Origin: Phoronis australis
Taxonomy: Eukaryota; Animalia; Phoronida
DNA length: 64,000 bases
Assembly: GCA_002633005.1 (NCBI GenBank)
Contig: NMRA01000196.1
Coordinates: 542,824-606,823, forward strand
Direction of reading: 5' to 3'
How positions within the stretch are numbered: position 1 is the first letter of the stretch; each line of letters begins with the position of its first letter. The translations under genes were made by a program, and so were the position numbers. Of this stretch, positions 27,087-40,540 are shown piece by piece. The notes under the pieces were generated by a model. The model was not told the origin of the DNA. It ran no database searches and saw nothing but the letters and a program-made list of their open reading frames with translations.

Positions 27087-27850
27087 CAAAATCGCTTTCA
27101 AAATCTTCAATTTTTAGAGCTCATCTACGAAAGTTGGTACAGTACATATTCATAATGTCTAATGTAACTCTTGGAGACAAAACACATGGTCTTTAACTTG
27201 GTTAACTGTGAGAAGCAAAAAACTAACATGACCAGAGGCCAATAATGAAATTCACAAATTTTACTACATATTCAAGCCAAAATTGCTTGCAAAATCTACA
27301 ATTTTTGGAGCACATCTGCAAAAGTTGGTACAGTACATATTCATCATGTCTAATAAAAGTCTTGGAGACAAAAACACATGCTCTTTAACTTGGTTAACTG
27401 TTAGAAGCAAAAAGCTAACATGACCAGAGGCCAATAATGAAATTCACAAATTTTACTCATATTCAAACCAAAATCGCTTTTAAAATCTAAAGTTTTTGGA
27501 GCACATCAGCGAAAGTTGGTACAATACATGTCCATGATGTCTAATTAAAGTCTTGGAGACAAAACCACAGGTTCTTTAACTTGATTAACTTTGAGAGCCA
27601 AAAAGCTAACATGGCTGGAACCAATAATGAAATTCGCACAAATTTTACTACATATTCAAACCAAAATTGCTTTCAAATCTACAATTTTTGGAGCCCATCT
27701 ACTAAACTTGGTACAGAAGACATTCATAATGTCTAATTAAAGCCTTGAAGACAAAAACACATAATCCTTAACTTGGTTAAATGTGAGAAGCAAAAAGCTA
27801 GGATAACTGACGCCGCAACTGAAGTCCCAAATATTTTAATATGCAACCGT
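27087..27850. repeat. Tandem repeat, ~191-bp unit x4
   Basis: Units start CCAAAAT(C/T)GCTT at ~27087, 27278, 27468 and 27661 and share TTGGTACA, GACAAAA and TTAACTTG. Confidence 0.9.
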
Positions 27851-29107
27851 TTTCAAAATCCACTGCCGTACTCTGAAATTGTATAAAATAGTTTTCTTAA
27901 TTTTTATCGAAAATTTAGGGACCACAAACAGATGTTTTCTTACTTGATTATATACAAGAGCCAAAGAACTAGCATTTTTAGGTACCCATTTGAAAACATC
28001 AGAAGCGTGTGTGTCGTAACCTTGAAGAAGACTTGTCTAAACAGCAACGCAGCTGAAAACAAAGAAAATCAGAAGTTAAACAGTACACAAAAAATCAAGA
28101 AATCAGCATAATATGTTGTTATGAATTTCTGATAATGGGACAAATTTCCACTTCTCTTTAAAGAGGCAAATGAATGCTTGTCAACAATTGCTGACGTCTA
28201 GCAGATCATTTCACATTAACATGTGAGGACATTTTCAGAAGAAATCACAAAATTCACGATTTTGAATGATGCACGTGAAGGAAAACTCTGTGGTTACCAC
28301 AGAGTTTCTAATGTCCGTCACACTTATGAAAAATGCGTGCATGCGCTTCCAGTCAGTTTCTTCAAGTTGCTTGAGGTCAAGATCACAACTCCCAAGTACA
28401 TCATTTAGCGATTCCAATCAGCCAATTTCACAAACTGTTTTTCTCCCACTAATTTCCGAGAATGCAGACTTTTAATGCGTTATCAAGCAATCAGTTTCGT
28501 ATCAGAAACTGTTAATCTAAAATCTATCTTATTCGGGTATGCACCAGTAACTCTTACATGCACACACAAATAAGGAAATTGCATCATCAAAGCTGTCCGT
28601 AAAAAGTATAGGTTAGTTATATTCAGAATGTACTTCAATAGTCTTGTTATTTTTTACTCCAAGTATGATCGTAAGACAGTGACAAATTTATGCAGGTGTG
28701 TAGTATAACTCCTAGACGCACACATCAAACTTCCATAAAACGTTTACAGTATTTTGTTGGACATTAAATCGACTTGTAAGTATAGAAACATCTTTGCATT
28801 TGAATCCAAGAAGTCTGCTGCAATAAAGTACCTGCTGTGTGCAGATGACATGGACAATGTTGTGTGGACACGACGTATGCTGCTGACTCCTCTTGCTTTG
28901 ACGACGTTGAGGACAGACTGCATGATCAATGAAGCTACAGCCTATCAATACAATTCACATGCATAAATACAAATAATAGATATTCACACATACCTTAGCG
29001 GTCATACAATATGGTGGTGTAACTCCTTAAAACAAATGTATAACAAAAACACATAATCAAAACTACGTGACTCATCATTATCACAGTCAGATGTTCCATT
29101 TCAATTA

Positions 29108-29592
29108 CCGCAAAATCGCGGGTTAACGCCCATGCCCGTGTAATCGCCCATCCAGATTTTTGGTCAATTTCAGTTTAAGCGCCCATCGCTTGGGTAATCG
29201 CCCATCCCTTACTTTGTGCTAATTTCCACGTAAGCATCCATCTCTTGGGTAATCGCCAATCCCCAACATACGGCTTACAGAACTTACACTCAAACCCATG
29301 CGGGTACGGAATGACATTCAAGCTCCGTGGTATGACATTTTGCAGCACGCTGTGGTTGTTAGGTCCTGCTGTTTGACCAAACATACAAGTTCCGTGCTGA
29401 AATGAACAATCCGCAAACTTCCCCAGTTCTGCTAAAACTTGGACATAAGCGGTCACTGTTTGGGTAATTGCCCACCCACGACTTCTTGCCAATTTTTCCG
29501 TTTAAGTGCCCACTGCTTGGGTAATGGCCCACCCCCTTTGTCTAAGGGTTTCCCAATTTAAGGGCCCAGGGTGTTAACCCGTGGGTTTACGA
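29108..29592. mobile_element. TA-flanked MITE (pogo/Tc1-mariner-like)
   Basis: TA|CCGCAAAATCGCGGGTTAACGCCC...GGGTGTTAACCCGTGGGTTTACGA|TA, with internal GGGTAATCGCCCA repeats. Confidence 0.65.
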
Positions 29593-32500
29593 TACCTTCT
29601 TGTGGGAATAGCCAGCCTGTCAGTGACATTCGAACCAAGAAGTTATAGCAGGCGGATATGCTCATTTCCAATCCACCACTTGATTTTGGGAAAACTGACT
29701 AGGCCGTCTGACCCCTCCTCACCTCTCAGCATTTGAATCATTTTTGACACTTTTCATCAGAGATGTCACGGCTATTCTTGGATTGATTGCCGTTTCAAGA
29801 TCCTTCTCCATATACTTATGATGAATAGTACCCATGGTGCGAAGCCAGAGAACAGATGAAATGTAGTAAAACTGAAAAGTAAATTGAACAATTGAAAACC
29901 TGAACAACAACATTGGCCTTCAAAACTGCTCAGTGTGCTCAATTCAACGAAAAAAGGAAACACAATAGAAGTCGAGATTTATTGTACCTGACTATTTGCA
30001 AAGTATGCAAGAAATTCGAATGAGAATATGCAGAGCCCTTACACAAATGGCCTAACCACAAGCACAACTATGAGCAAAACGGTCGTATTCCAATATGCAA
30101 CATTTTTAGGTTCACACTAGAGTTTTAAAGGTATTAAATCATTTTCAAAATTATTGGCCAAGTACTTTCTCTTTTCCCAACCCCAGCAATTGACAAAAAC
30201 ACAGTTACACTGAATGAAGTTTATATTTTTCATGTTATGCACAGGTCCTTTTCATAAATGTACTATAAGAAAAGACATCTGCCTTAGCAAAAAAAAAACC
30301 CAACAAATTATCAACATTCCAAGATCATAAAGCAACCTATTAAGTTGGAGGGAATGTCATCCAACATGGGTGTTATTACGATATAAAAAGTTTGGACATG
30401 GCTCCCCCTATGATCATTGAAATGATGTTGACCTAAAAATTAGCAAGGCACCTTTCCTCTTGGATAATTGAGGGCCCTGATTTTACACTTGTGACATTTA
30501 GCGAGCTGATTAGATATGACAGGTTGCGTATTTTGATTTGAAAAAAAATACCAGTGTCTAGTCTCGATTAATATTTGATCCGACAAATTGTGAGCTGAAA
30601 CTGGTAAAGTTACTTAAAGAATAAGGAGAGATTCATGTAATATGAAAATAGTAAATTTAAAGGTTGAGTTCATGTTGCATGTTTGAGATATCTCAAATCA
30701 GGTCAGTTTTTTGCCCTGTGTACTTTTCAACGGTATCAAAATACTTCAGACTCGCTCACACCACGTTGTGAGTGTAAAAAGTTATTGAGAGACTGGATCG
30801 CATTTGCTGCTGAAAAACAGTCTTCTGTTCATCGCACGACTTGATTCGAACTGACAGTGAGTCGATACACAAGTAGGTTTCCCCGAAATTAATTTTTATG
30901 GATAAGCTGCAAAATCATTCGCCAAGTTGGCAAATGGACTTAGCTATACCGTTGCCAGTGCCACTCAAAACTCGTCAATGGTGGCAAATGGCTAGCATGA
31001 GCCTAGAATGTCCATATTAGAATGACCTAATAATTCTAATGCAGGCAAATCCCCATCCGGTCTAGAGTATCAACATCAGATACCACAACTTAATTTCAGA
31101 ACACTGAACACATGAGGATGTGCGACTCATTATCATGAAGAAGTTTTCCGTGCAAACCCCCAGTGCCGCTGATAATTATACTATACCGAATTAAAGGCAT
31201 GCAGCAAGACAAGCTTTTGGCATCATGCTACATGTATATGACTGCAGAGTCTCAGCCAGCGGCTAATGAGGTAGAACAGCAACAGCATACACACCACAAC
31301 TACAAGAGAAACTTTTGCTAAACTCAAAGGAAGTCATTACAACTAGATGCGAACTAAATGGCACAAAATTCATTAACTCACAACAGTACATGAATGCTGA
31401 ATGATATTGTACAATATTCTCCATGAGAACTAGTAACAACCAACTTAAGTGGTTACTTTAGTAAGATCTTAAACACTGCAGGGCTTGCCTGTTAGTTTTT
31501 ACTCAAATTGTTTGTTCTAATCCAAATAATTTAGAAAACTGATAACAGCTGGTTTTTTGTGATTTTACCTTTATTTAAATCAAACGATACATGGTCGCAT
31601 TACTCAGCTAATTAATACCACACAGAAAATATACAGACTAAAATCAAATTCTATTGACTTTCAACATTTAGAATTAGAAAATATATCATTCCTAGGGTGT
31701 TTCCTAGGTTGGAGTAATCTGTAAATATTTTGGCTAAATGCAGAGACTAGTACAGTACTACAGCTACACGTTTGACTTACGAATGACAAGATAACCTTAC
31801 TTAACAACAACAAACATACTTCAGTTTTATTATAGAGAATGTAAGCTCAACAGATTTCACTTAATTTTTTTAGACCAGGGTCAATAATAATTCCAACAGA
31901 CTAGGCCTATCACTTTAGTCGACTTACCTAACCGAAACGGCGAAAGTCCTAGGCACAACTTCGTAAAGCCTTGCGCTGACTCTTCGTCAAAGTCAACGGA
32001 TGGGATCCATCCTCCAAAAACCTCTTCATGTCACTCTCACTGTACTTGAGATCATGCATATTTGCAAAAAAAAACGTCTGAAATATTCGTGTTCGTAGCA
32101 GATAACTGTCTCACAGTAGCGTACAGAAGTGCCTTGGGAAGATATTTCACGCTCTCAAGCCCGGATGCCAACCTGGCCAATCTGCGCATGCGCAAAGTGG
32201 GATTGGGAAGAGATTTCACGGGGAAGAAATTTCACGCGCCCAAAAATTAGCAGCAGAATAACGGTAGAACCCCAATTTTTCTAACAATGGCAAATAGTTT
32301 AAATCAATGTATGTTGTGTTGCTTATCATTAAGTACGAGTAAGTTATGCAAAAAATCATGAGTCTGAAATTAGTTGACATGAAAGGGCAACGTCGGGTTC
32401 GCAAGTGTCTGTTGGCTTTTCCAAGTTTTGCGACCTCTAGTGGATTCAATCGGAATTGAGAAAATCGACTTTAAACTTTAAGTCAGAATCCTGTCCCAGT

Positions 32501-32886
32501 ACGTGATAGGTTGAATCTCAAGCCTCTCTTGCTGTTCAAAGATGGATTCGTAGTTACACAAACATTCTTTGCCCGTTAAAGCCGTATTTACCCACTGTCA
32601 GTGATCTGGTCGCAACTTTGAGATTTACAATGTACTAATCCTTAACAAGGAGAAAATTGGCTTCATCTCAACTAAGTTCAGTATCGACTCATAATTTTCT
32701 GTAAATTATGACAAAACGTTAATTTATTGGTCAAATAAAATTTGACACAAAAATTACTGTCATTAAAATGACACTAAATTTTTTGTCAGATTTTATTTGG
32801 CCAGTTTTTCACTCACATCGACGCAAAGCTGCTATTTCAGCATACAACTTTGCACTAAGGCTATCCTTAAACATGCTTGGAAGGCA

Positions 32887-34850
32887 GTACATTGAAAGCG
32901 TAGAATTTAGTGTCATCCATATCACACTCGAGTTGAATGTCAAATAGTAATCTGCACACCTCGAGATTACGATGGCGTGAACACATTCATCTGTCGACGA
33001 ATTAAATTGCACGGAGATAAAGCCCTTTGAAAGAACTTAATATTCATTCGAAGCTTCGGCTTTTCACTATTCGCACAGGCCACTGAGGTTACCAATGACA
33101 ATATTAACTGTAATAAAACATAAAGGTTGGACACTTAACTTAGTATGCTCAGAATTTTCTAATCAAATGTACATCGAACGAATCTTTGAATATCTTCTTT
33201 CACTTGGTCACATCAAATTGCCTGCGAGTGGTGATTTGACGACAAAAATGTAAAAAGACATCAAAACCACAAATTCAAGGAGGCTATGTTGTGACGTTCA
33301 TGGCAGACGGCCTTCGTAAACGGACAAACCCTAAACAATAATAAATGTTTGTTTTCGCTTCTCCCATCAATGTTATTTTGAGTGCCCTCCAAATAATTTT
33401 GTGGCAATTTGAATGTACTTAAACTCTTTGTAAAATAACGCCGTTTATAACCGAAGAATCACGTGTTAGTACATGTAATGTAGGCATACTGCGAAATGCA
33501 ACAGTTGCCGATAGGTGATTTTCCGGAAATCTCCGTCAAAAGCCAAGTTCTGGATGTGCTTCAACTAAGAGTAGCACAGAGATGTGTTGTTAAAATCAAA
33601 TACAAGATTCTCCAGGGCCCTGTTGCATAAACGTTATGCCCATATAGCAACAATGACGTCTCATTATCACATGTCACGCCGTTATTGTTGAACGATGCAT
33701 CTGACGTCATGGCACAAACATTTTCAGGGGATAATTTTGAAGTTTTTTGCAACCCAGCCCTACAGGTATGTTAAATGATAAAATGAGCACTTAGAAGAAG
33801 TAATTTATTAGACACGTAGTTGAAAACTTAATTTTACTAACCTTTACTGTTTCAAACTCGATGCCAAATTTCCTGTCTTTGCCATAGCCTTTGCTTGCTC
33901 AAACTCGAAGTTTTGCTTTCACTATGCGTACAAGGTAATCGTGGCACAAGTGAAATCCGCCATGTTAACTCTTTGGCCTCCTTGAATATACGTTTTTTTT
34001 TTGGAAATTCTGTCGCCAATTCACCATTCGTAACGACAATTTAAATAAGAAGGCCACCCAATTTAATTAGTCTTTTTGCCACATCGCCTCGCATACGGTC
34101 GACCTTACCTTGCCAAGTGGTGTCGCATTAACTTGTGAGGAAGGTACAGTAAGAAACGACGCTAGCGACGTCAGTGGTTCTTATGCAGAGTGAATGCCAC
34201 TATGTTGCGGTGCATCGTTCCCGCAAGCCCGAACTAAGCAGCTGCGAGGAAAGCGGGTATATCGTTTTTTTACTTCCTCGAGAGTTCGAAATGCTTAGGA
34301 AGTGGCTCATGTACGCTGTAAATAGCAAGTATGAGGTCGTGTCTGTGGCCTGCAGACGTTGACAGTGAGAGACGAATACCGGCTTACCAAATAACTCCAT
34401 ACGTTCCGTTGTTTGAGCTTGTTCATGGCGCCTCTCTAGTATTTCTTCATCACTGTATTCCTGTTCGAATTGATAGCCTGTAAAACGTGTTGTGAACTGC
34501 TGAACAGACCGTGCGTGTGAAGCCGATGACGTCATTGGATAATTTCAACAACTCCGTCTGCCGTCAGGTGTCAGGTAATGCAACCGTACGTGTCGTTATG
34601 GAGTAGATATACTCGATCTAAATTGATACAAATTAGGTTGTTTTTTGGGTGGCATGCTCCTTTAATAAATGTACAATGTAGGATCAAGGAAGCCTAAACT
34701 TCATGGGTTTAGGCAATACCAGTATAAGGTAGGTGCATGCAAATTTTATTTCAATTTAAAACAATTGAATTTCGGGCTCAGTGTTGACAAAATTTTAGTG
34801 TCTAAGGCTTACATGTATGTTTCATGTATGGTTATTAGCCACTAGGAAGT
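32887..34850 (+). repeat. Old segmental duplication, copy B
   Basis: Collinear homology with 13910-17210. Confidence 0.75.
34045..34661 (-). mobile_element. Kolobok-like element, copy 3, internally deleted
   Basis: TTAA flanks (34041-44, 34662-65). Near 34487 it jumps from the equivalent of ~15829 to ~16852 of copy 1. Same insertion site as copy 1. Confidence 0.8.
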
Positions 34851-35349
34851 TCATCATATAGCTCATCGGTCGGCCTGTAGATTTTCACTTGTCACTCCGC
34901 CATTGTCATTTTTACCAAGTGGTAAGCAGGTGAACACTGTTTGAAAGAGGTGAAAAGAGGCGAAATACAACCGGTAAGACCGTTCACGGTTCCCCAAATT
35001 AGTGAACTTAACCTAATCAAACTATGCGAGGGACTGACAGAAGTATTCATTCCTCTGTTTTTAAATCAATGAAAAGCTACTGTATGTGATAATTAAATTT
35101 CTATCCATTAAATCTGAGTCAAGCGGAAGTATCTGTTGCGTTTTCATTACTCTAGAGAGTGAGAAGTCCTCAATTTAATTAAGGTGTCATTTCTAGCAGT
35201 ATACCTTTATCCGAGCCTAGGCCTACTACACACGTTCATTACATTTGAACCAGTTAGCGCCGTGGTGTAAATTTACATGTAGTTACGGTAAGCACTAGAT
35301 ATACATTCTGTCGAGTATTTGTAAGCAAATTTGAAATTATTGATTTCAG

Positions 35350-35574
35350 TCCTTGCTAGCATGAGCTGTTTCATTGACACAACTGGTCTCAACGCCGAAA
35401 TCATTGCGCAGCGTTTTGTTGAGGAGACACCGCCAATGTACAAAGTGCCTGGGGACGCCGACATGGCCTTGAAATGCAGTGGTGACAACGTGGCTATTAA
35501 CGGGGGAAAACTTGCAAGTTTTAGGTGCGAGGGCGCCACTGGGTTTTGGAAACCATCCATCAGCGGCTGTCAGT
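35350..35574 (+). CDS. Exon encoding a sushi/CCP-like extracellular domain
   Basis: tttcAG acceptor, GTACGT donor, 225 nt, symmetric phase 1-1, open frame with C..C..C...W.P...C spacing (SCFID..LKCSG..FRCEGATGFWKPSISGCQ). Confidence 0.65.
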
Positions 35575-37131
35575 GTACGTACGTTTGTATGCACGTGGAC
35601 AGGTAGAATGTTTGTAAATAAGTAATTAAAATTACGCTGTTACAAATAGAAACTTCGTGGAAGACAGTTTGACCTAACCTTTTGCAGAGCAACTTGAAAA
35701 GCTTACCTTTAATCGTTGCAATGCCAATGAAGTAAACGATAATACGCGTTTTTCAATATGAAATTGGTCGACTTTCTTAGTCCATGAGCAACATTTACCG
35801 GCAGTTCTCTATTTTCGACAATCAATGCTTCGGGTGGCGTCGTTTTAATTGTTGAGCCTACTGTCAATTACGTCACCAACCAAAACGTGAACGTTTTTTT
35901 TTTCTTCTTGAGATCCCACTGAGTGTCTGACTAGGACGGTTGAATGTGGTCAAGGAGAGCGTATCAGAACATTTAAAACAAGATGGTCTGATGTGCATTT
36001 TTAAGTGGCGTTATTTAACGCAGGTTTCTAAAAATAAGGACTTCGTATGTTTGTAAAGGACACTTGAAAAGAACAGAAGGTGATGCTTTTATAACCCAGG
36101 TACATTTCGTCAAAACCGTAAAGGTAGAACACCACAAGTTTCTTTACATCTTTGCTAGATAGAGCTGCATTCAAGGCCAGCACACGTGGGAACTGCCGAT
36201 TGCAGTCGAGGTGTGCACGTATAGTGTAGATCGAAATGTTGAATGCCGTTCGAGGAACATTCTCAGAATTTATTCACTCTCCAACCAGCAGTGTTCTACT
36301 CAATAGTAGGCGTTATGCACAACAAGGACTTCTTCACATTTCTATGAACAAAGCAATGCAATCGTCAAATCTTTAGGTTTTAGGGAGGTTTCAGCTGCCA
36401 TATTTTCCGTACTTTTTTAAAATCACATGGACAGAATCAATTAAAAAACAATTATTTCAACGCCCAGGATATTGCCATAGAAACTTGAAGGGGGAATCCA
36501 CCAGGTACTTTCACATCACATCAGATTTTCCCTCTAAAGGCCCCGTCACACCTTGACGATTTAGCCAGCGTATGCCGACGTATGAAAAATTTGGCAAATA
36601 CGCTGGCGTACTTCGAATAAGTTATGGGTAAGTTTTGTATACGTTAACAGCACGCTGAAGCACGTTGGTATGCGTCGAAGTAAGTCGAGGTCGTCGAAAA
36701 ATTTTGTGCATGCTCAAAATTTCTCAACGTATGTCAGCGTATGGCTATACGTCCGGTATACGCAGGCCATAAGTAATAGGTAAGTTATGCGATCGTTGAC
36801 ACACGTTCAAACACGTTAAGTGTAGGTTACTCATAAGTCCAAATACGTCGAGATAATGTCTAGCGTACCCAAAACTTATGAGTAACGTGCTTTGAACGTA
36901 TGTATAACTTATATCGAACTTATCTCCTACGCATATTGACGTATGTAGACGTATTTAACATGTTCCGGACGACCACAGAACTTACTGAACGTGTTTCTAA
37001 CGTACAGCTGCCGTATAATGGCGTATTGGTAGCGTTTAGGGGAATTGGGATATAAAAATGGGGTTCACAGGAGGAACCCGTCAGTACTCCTCTAGATTTC
37101 ATGGTGAGCAGATGTTCATATCATCCGAGAG

Positions 37132-37812
37132 ATGGAGGATCCGGCAAGGCTGAGACGAGAATACCTACTAGCTGTTCTCCAACATCAAAATGACCTCATC
37201 GATTTGACACTTTACCAGTTGCGTGCCAATAAAGCCAGGAGAAGAAGAGGTGAACGGAGGAGAAAGAACTGGGTGAGACCATGGATCAGGAGGCGACGTC
37301 AGTTTGGCATATATGACCAGCTTATGGTGGAACTCCGTAAGGAGGACCATACATCCTTCACTAATTTCCTGCGTATGCCCCCAGCGATGTTCGACGAGCT
37401 GCTAGCCAGAGTGGGTCCAAGGATAATCAAGCAGCACACCTTCTTCAGGGATCCGCTTGAGCCGGGCATGAAGCTGGACTTGACATTGCGTCACCTTGCC
37501 TCTGGGAACAAGTATGCCTCGATGAAGTTCGGATGGAGGGTTCCTCACAACACCCAGTCCCTAGTGGTCAGAGAAGACTGTCAAGCCATTATTGACGAAT
37601 ATTTGGATGAGGTACTGGTTTGCCCAAGTACACCTGATGGTTGGCGCGCCATAGCTGACAAGTTCTTCCAAAGATGGAACTTTCCCCATACATGTGGGGC
37701 ACTTGATGGAAAGCACGTGGCCTGCCGCTGTCCTGCAAAGACTGGGTCCCAATATTTCAACTACGAAGGATTCTACTCCATCGTCCTGGCCACGCTTGCC
37801 CTTGCGCTGTGA
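37132..37812 (+). pseudogene. Harbinger (HARBI1-like) DDE transposase, C-terminally truncated
   Basis: FxNFLRMPPxxFDELL, LTLRHLASG, WNFPHTCGALDGKHV, YFNYEGFYSIVL. Homology stops at ~37790, so the later catalytic residues are absent. Confidence 0.93.
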
Positions 37813-38610
37813 GGATGAGGAAGGGACAGTGGAGGGCGTGCTCTCGTCATCAACCACCGTGACGATGTCTGCACAGGCAGCCTCGGCAGCCTCGAGGTCC
37901 CCGCTGTGTGCTGCAATGGTCACCTTCACCTGCAATTATGATAGTTGATTGTTAAAATACAAGGCAAAAATACAAGGCACATTCAATGCTTTGTAATCAC
38001 AATAAAATTAATATAAATAAATATTAATATTAATATTTGTTATACTTACACTGTTGACGGGTTCAGCATGATGGCGGACCACACTCTTGAGGAAGCTGAA
38101 GTTTGCCTTCACCTACTGCTCCCTCTCTGTCAGTTCCGGGGCGCCGTCACCGCTCTTCTTCTTGTGGAGACGGGTGTGAGTGTCTCGGAGGGACTTGAAC
38201 CACCCTTGAAGGTGCTCGACAGTCTTCCCCATGGCCTTGGCTTGATCTTCCCAGAGCTTTGCCTTCTTGTCCACCCTCCGGTAGTCAGTCTTCTTGATGT
38301 CCCAGAGGATGGCGTTCTCACGAAGGAAATCACACATGAACTGCTCCTCTTGGACATCAAGACAAAACTGTGTCTTCTTGGCCCTCCTCTTCTTGGCAAG
38401 GGTTGGGTGAGAGGAGGTGGAGGCCTGGGACGCAGCTACCGACGCCACTGACGATGCCCGAGAGGCGTTAGAACAAGCATCATCTCCATCAGAGAGTGAG
38501 CGTGAGGGTGAGGGTGTAGGTGATGATGGATCCTCCTTCCGTTCACGTCCACGCCCACGGCCACGGCCAGGAGATTTCTTGGCAGCGTTCCTCGCACTTT
38601 TCTTTGGCGT
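37790..38610 (-). pseudogene. Harbinger accessory MADF/Myb-SANT DNA-binding gene, two exons, inactivated
   Basis: FLRENAILWDIKKTDYRRVDKKAKLWEDQA..LQGWFKSLRD is a MADF signature. Probable start ATG>ACG at 38610 (PKKSARNAAKKSPGRGRGRGR), TAG at 38113-15, phase-0 GT-AG intron 38049-37930, exon 2 runs into the deletion junction. Confidence 0.85.
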
Positions 38611-39135
38611 GACGCTGATGTTGGTACTGCAATGTCTAGTGCAGTTATGATTTGAAACGTCGAACGGCAGCCTTTTTATAGATTACGACACGTGATCGTC
38701 GGCAATACGCTGCTGCACGCTATGCATAAGTTAGACTATCGTTGGGCATAAGTTGTGTACGCCGGCAACACGCTAGGCATTCGTTGGAATAAGTTATCTA
38801 TAAGTTATCGAAACGTTCTATATAATTCACTGATACGTTATATATACGTCCAACTCGTTATGAATACGATATGTATACGCCCAAAATTGAAAAAAAAAAT
38901 CGATAATTCAGCGTATGCCAGCGTTTTAGGGAAATTCTGATATGTCGGCATACGCTGGCTAAATCGTCAAGGTGTGACAGGGCCATTAGAGACTTTAAGG
39001 AGGTCATAATAAGGTGATTGAATTACCTCAGTTGATATGTGTCGTGCTACCTCACCGCTATGTGAAGTAGAAAATTAAATCTATGCTTAATTCATGTCAT
39101 AGGTCGACATCAATTTAAAAGTAGAATTATCTAAA

Positions 39136-39172
39136 ACCCGACGTTTCGAACTCCGGTTCCTTATCAGAGGGT
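39136..39172 (-). ncRNA. Degenerate minimal type I hammerhead ribozyme motif
   Basis: Minus strand ACCCT CTGATAA G GAAC CGGA GTTC GAAA CG TC GGGT: stems I and II and palindromic ACGT stem III present, but the core is CUGAUAA instead of CUGANGA. Confidence 0.5.
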
Positions 39173-39762
39173 GTACCAGACAGCAGGGAACAAAGTCGAA
39201 TCGTGTTAGCTTGTTTTCCTCAATGAACATTATCGATGTCAAAAATGGGGGTTTTGTCGCAATTGATTCGGAAGGGGGTAGTACTTTTCTTCAAGTAACG
39301 AGATGCAGGATTCAAAGGACTCGTCGTACAGTACGGAGGCTAAAACAAACTATGTTTTTTTGGCCTTACGTTAACAATTAAGCTACCGAGCAGGTCTGTT
39401 AACATTGAGATTTTCACTGATCAGGATTACCGTACCAGGAAGGCTATAGAACAATTTTGGTTGTTTTCAGAAAGGAATAGTAGAAGTACTGTTTAATGAG
39501 AAGTATTGAATTCCATTAGAAAGAGTGACGTCAAACCGGAAATTCGCCCTCGTCCAAGTAAAAGTCAAATACTTATACGTTGGTGACGTGAATGTTTTCT
39601 CGTCACTGTGACTGACGCCCAAGCGTGTCTCGTGAAACCGTCGGAGGGCAGCAGGTTGACGGTTGGAGCTCGAGAGCGTGTAGCTTACGTTATTTTTTAA
39701 ACATTCTCAAGGTGTTCCATCGAAACTGGAATCCCGGTGTAAAGCAGATATCCTGGTGTCGA

Positions 39763-40540
39763 AAACAGACTCTCGCACCTTTAAACCAGCTAACCATCCC
39801 GAAAAACACGTACCCCAAGCTTTAAAACAGGAACCCCGGTTACCGAACAGGACACCCAGGACCGAAACTTACTCCTGCGCTTTCTGTCAGGCATTGTTTA
39901 CCTAAAAGAAAACACTACCTTTGTACCTTTTAAGTGCCAAATTCATCGATGAGGTGTTGAAGTTAACTTTTTTGAACACCAAAACGGTGAAATTGGTTAC
40001 GGTGCATTTTTTGAGTGAATAATTTTCGTGGTCCATTTCAAAATCCGGACATGGATTGTGCTGGAAATAATGTACTATTGACAAGTAAATCGACGAACCC
40101 TAAAATGCGGCCAACTGTAAAGATGTTTAAAGAAATGGCACTGTTTTTCATTTTTGAAAATGTTTTGGAGAAAATACCGGGTATCGAATAATACGAAATT
40201 AGCGAAATTTTCACCGTCATAACAACGTGTTGAGAATACTGATTATATTGAAATTCGCCCACAGACAAGTTACATGAGCTCTGCCGATCAAATCAAATAA
40301 AAAGTCAATATAATATGAGTTAGGTTTTATTATTTACAACTTTTAATAAACAAATGCAGAAAACAACAGAAAAGTACTTGAAGATCCTTTAATTCAAAGT
40401 TTGCGGCTACTGACAACAGTCTCAGAAAATTTGAAAAACTGTCCTGGTTTCCTGTCCGATCCCCAAGATTCCTGTTTTAAAGGTTGTACTTCGTGTTTTT
40501 CGGGCTCGTTAGCTGTTTTGAAGGTGGGAGAACCTTGTTT
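39763..40540. mobile_element. MITE-like element with ~75-bp imperfect TIRs
   Basis: 39763-39835 (CACCTTTAAACCAGCTAAC..CCCGAAAAACACG..TTTAAAACAGG) is inverted at 40468-40540. TSD not resolved. Confidence 0.6.

Larger units (their letters stand above)
24804..32240 (-). mobile_element. Large decayed TIR element, possibly EnSpm/CMC type
   Basis: Left end CCGGTGTCGG then repeated GTGAAATTTCTTCCCC and TTTGCGCATGCGC; inverted counterpart at 32183-32235 (terminus eroded, no TSD). Weak minus-strand transposase-like traces (LWKFDVCV*ELY ~28720; LDRMGICL ~31050). Confidence 0.55.
36538..38985. mobile_element. PIF/Harbinger transposon, internally deleted
   Basis: ~45-bp TIRs GGCCC(C/T)GTCACACCTTGACGATTTAGCCAGCGTATGCCGAC, TWA flanks (TAA / TTA), convergent transposase and MADF/Myb genes. 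Confidence 0.95.
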
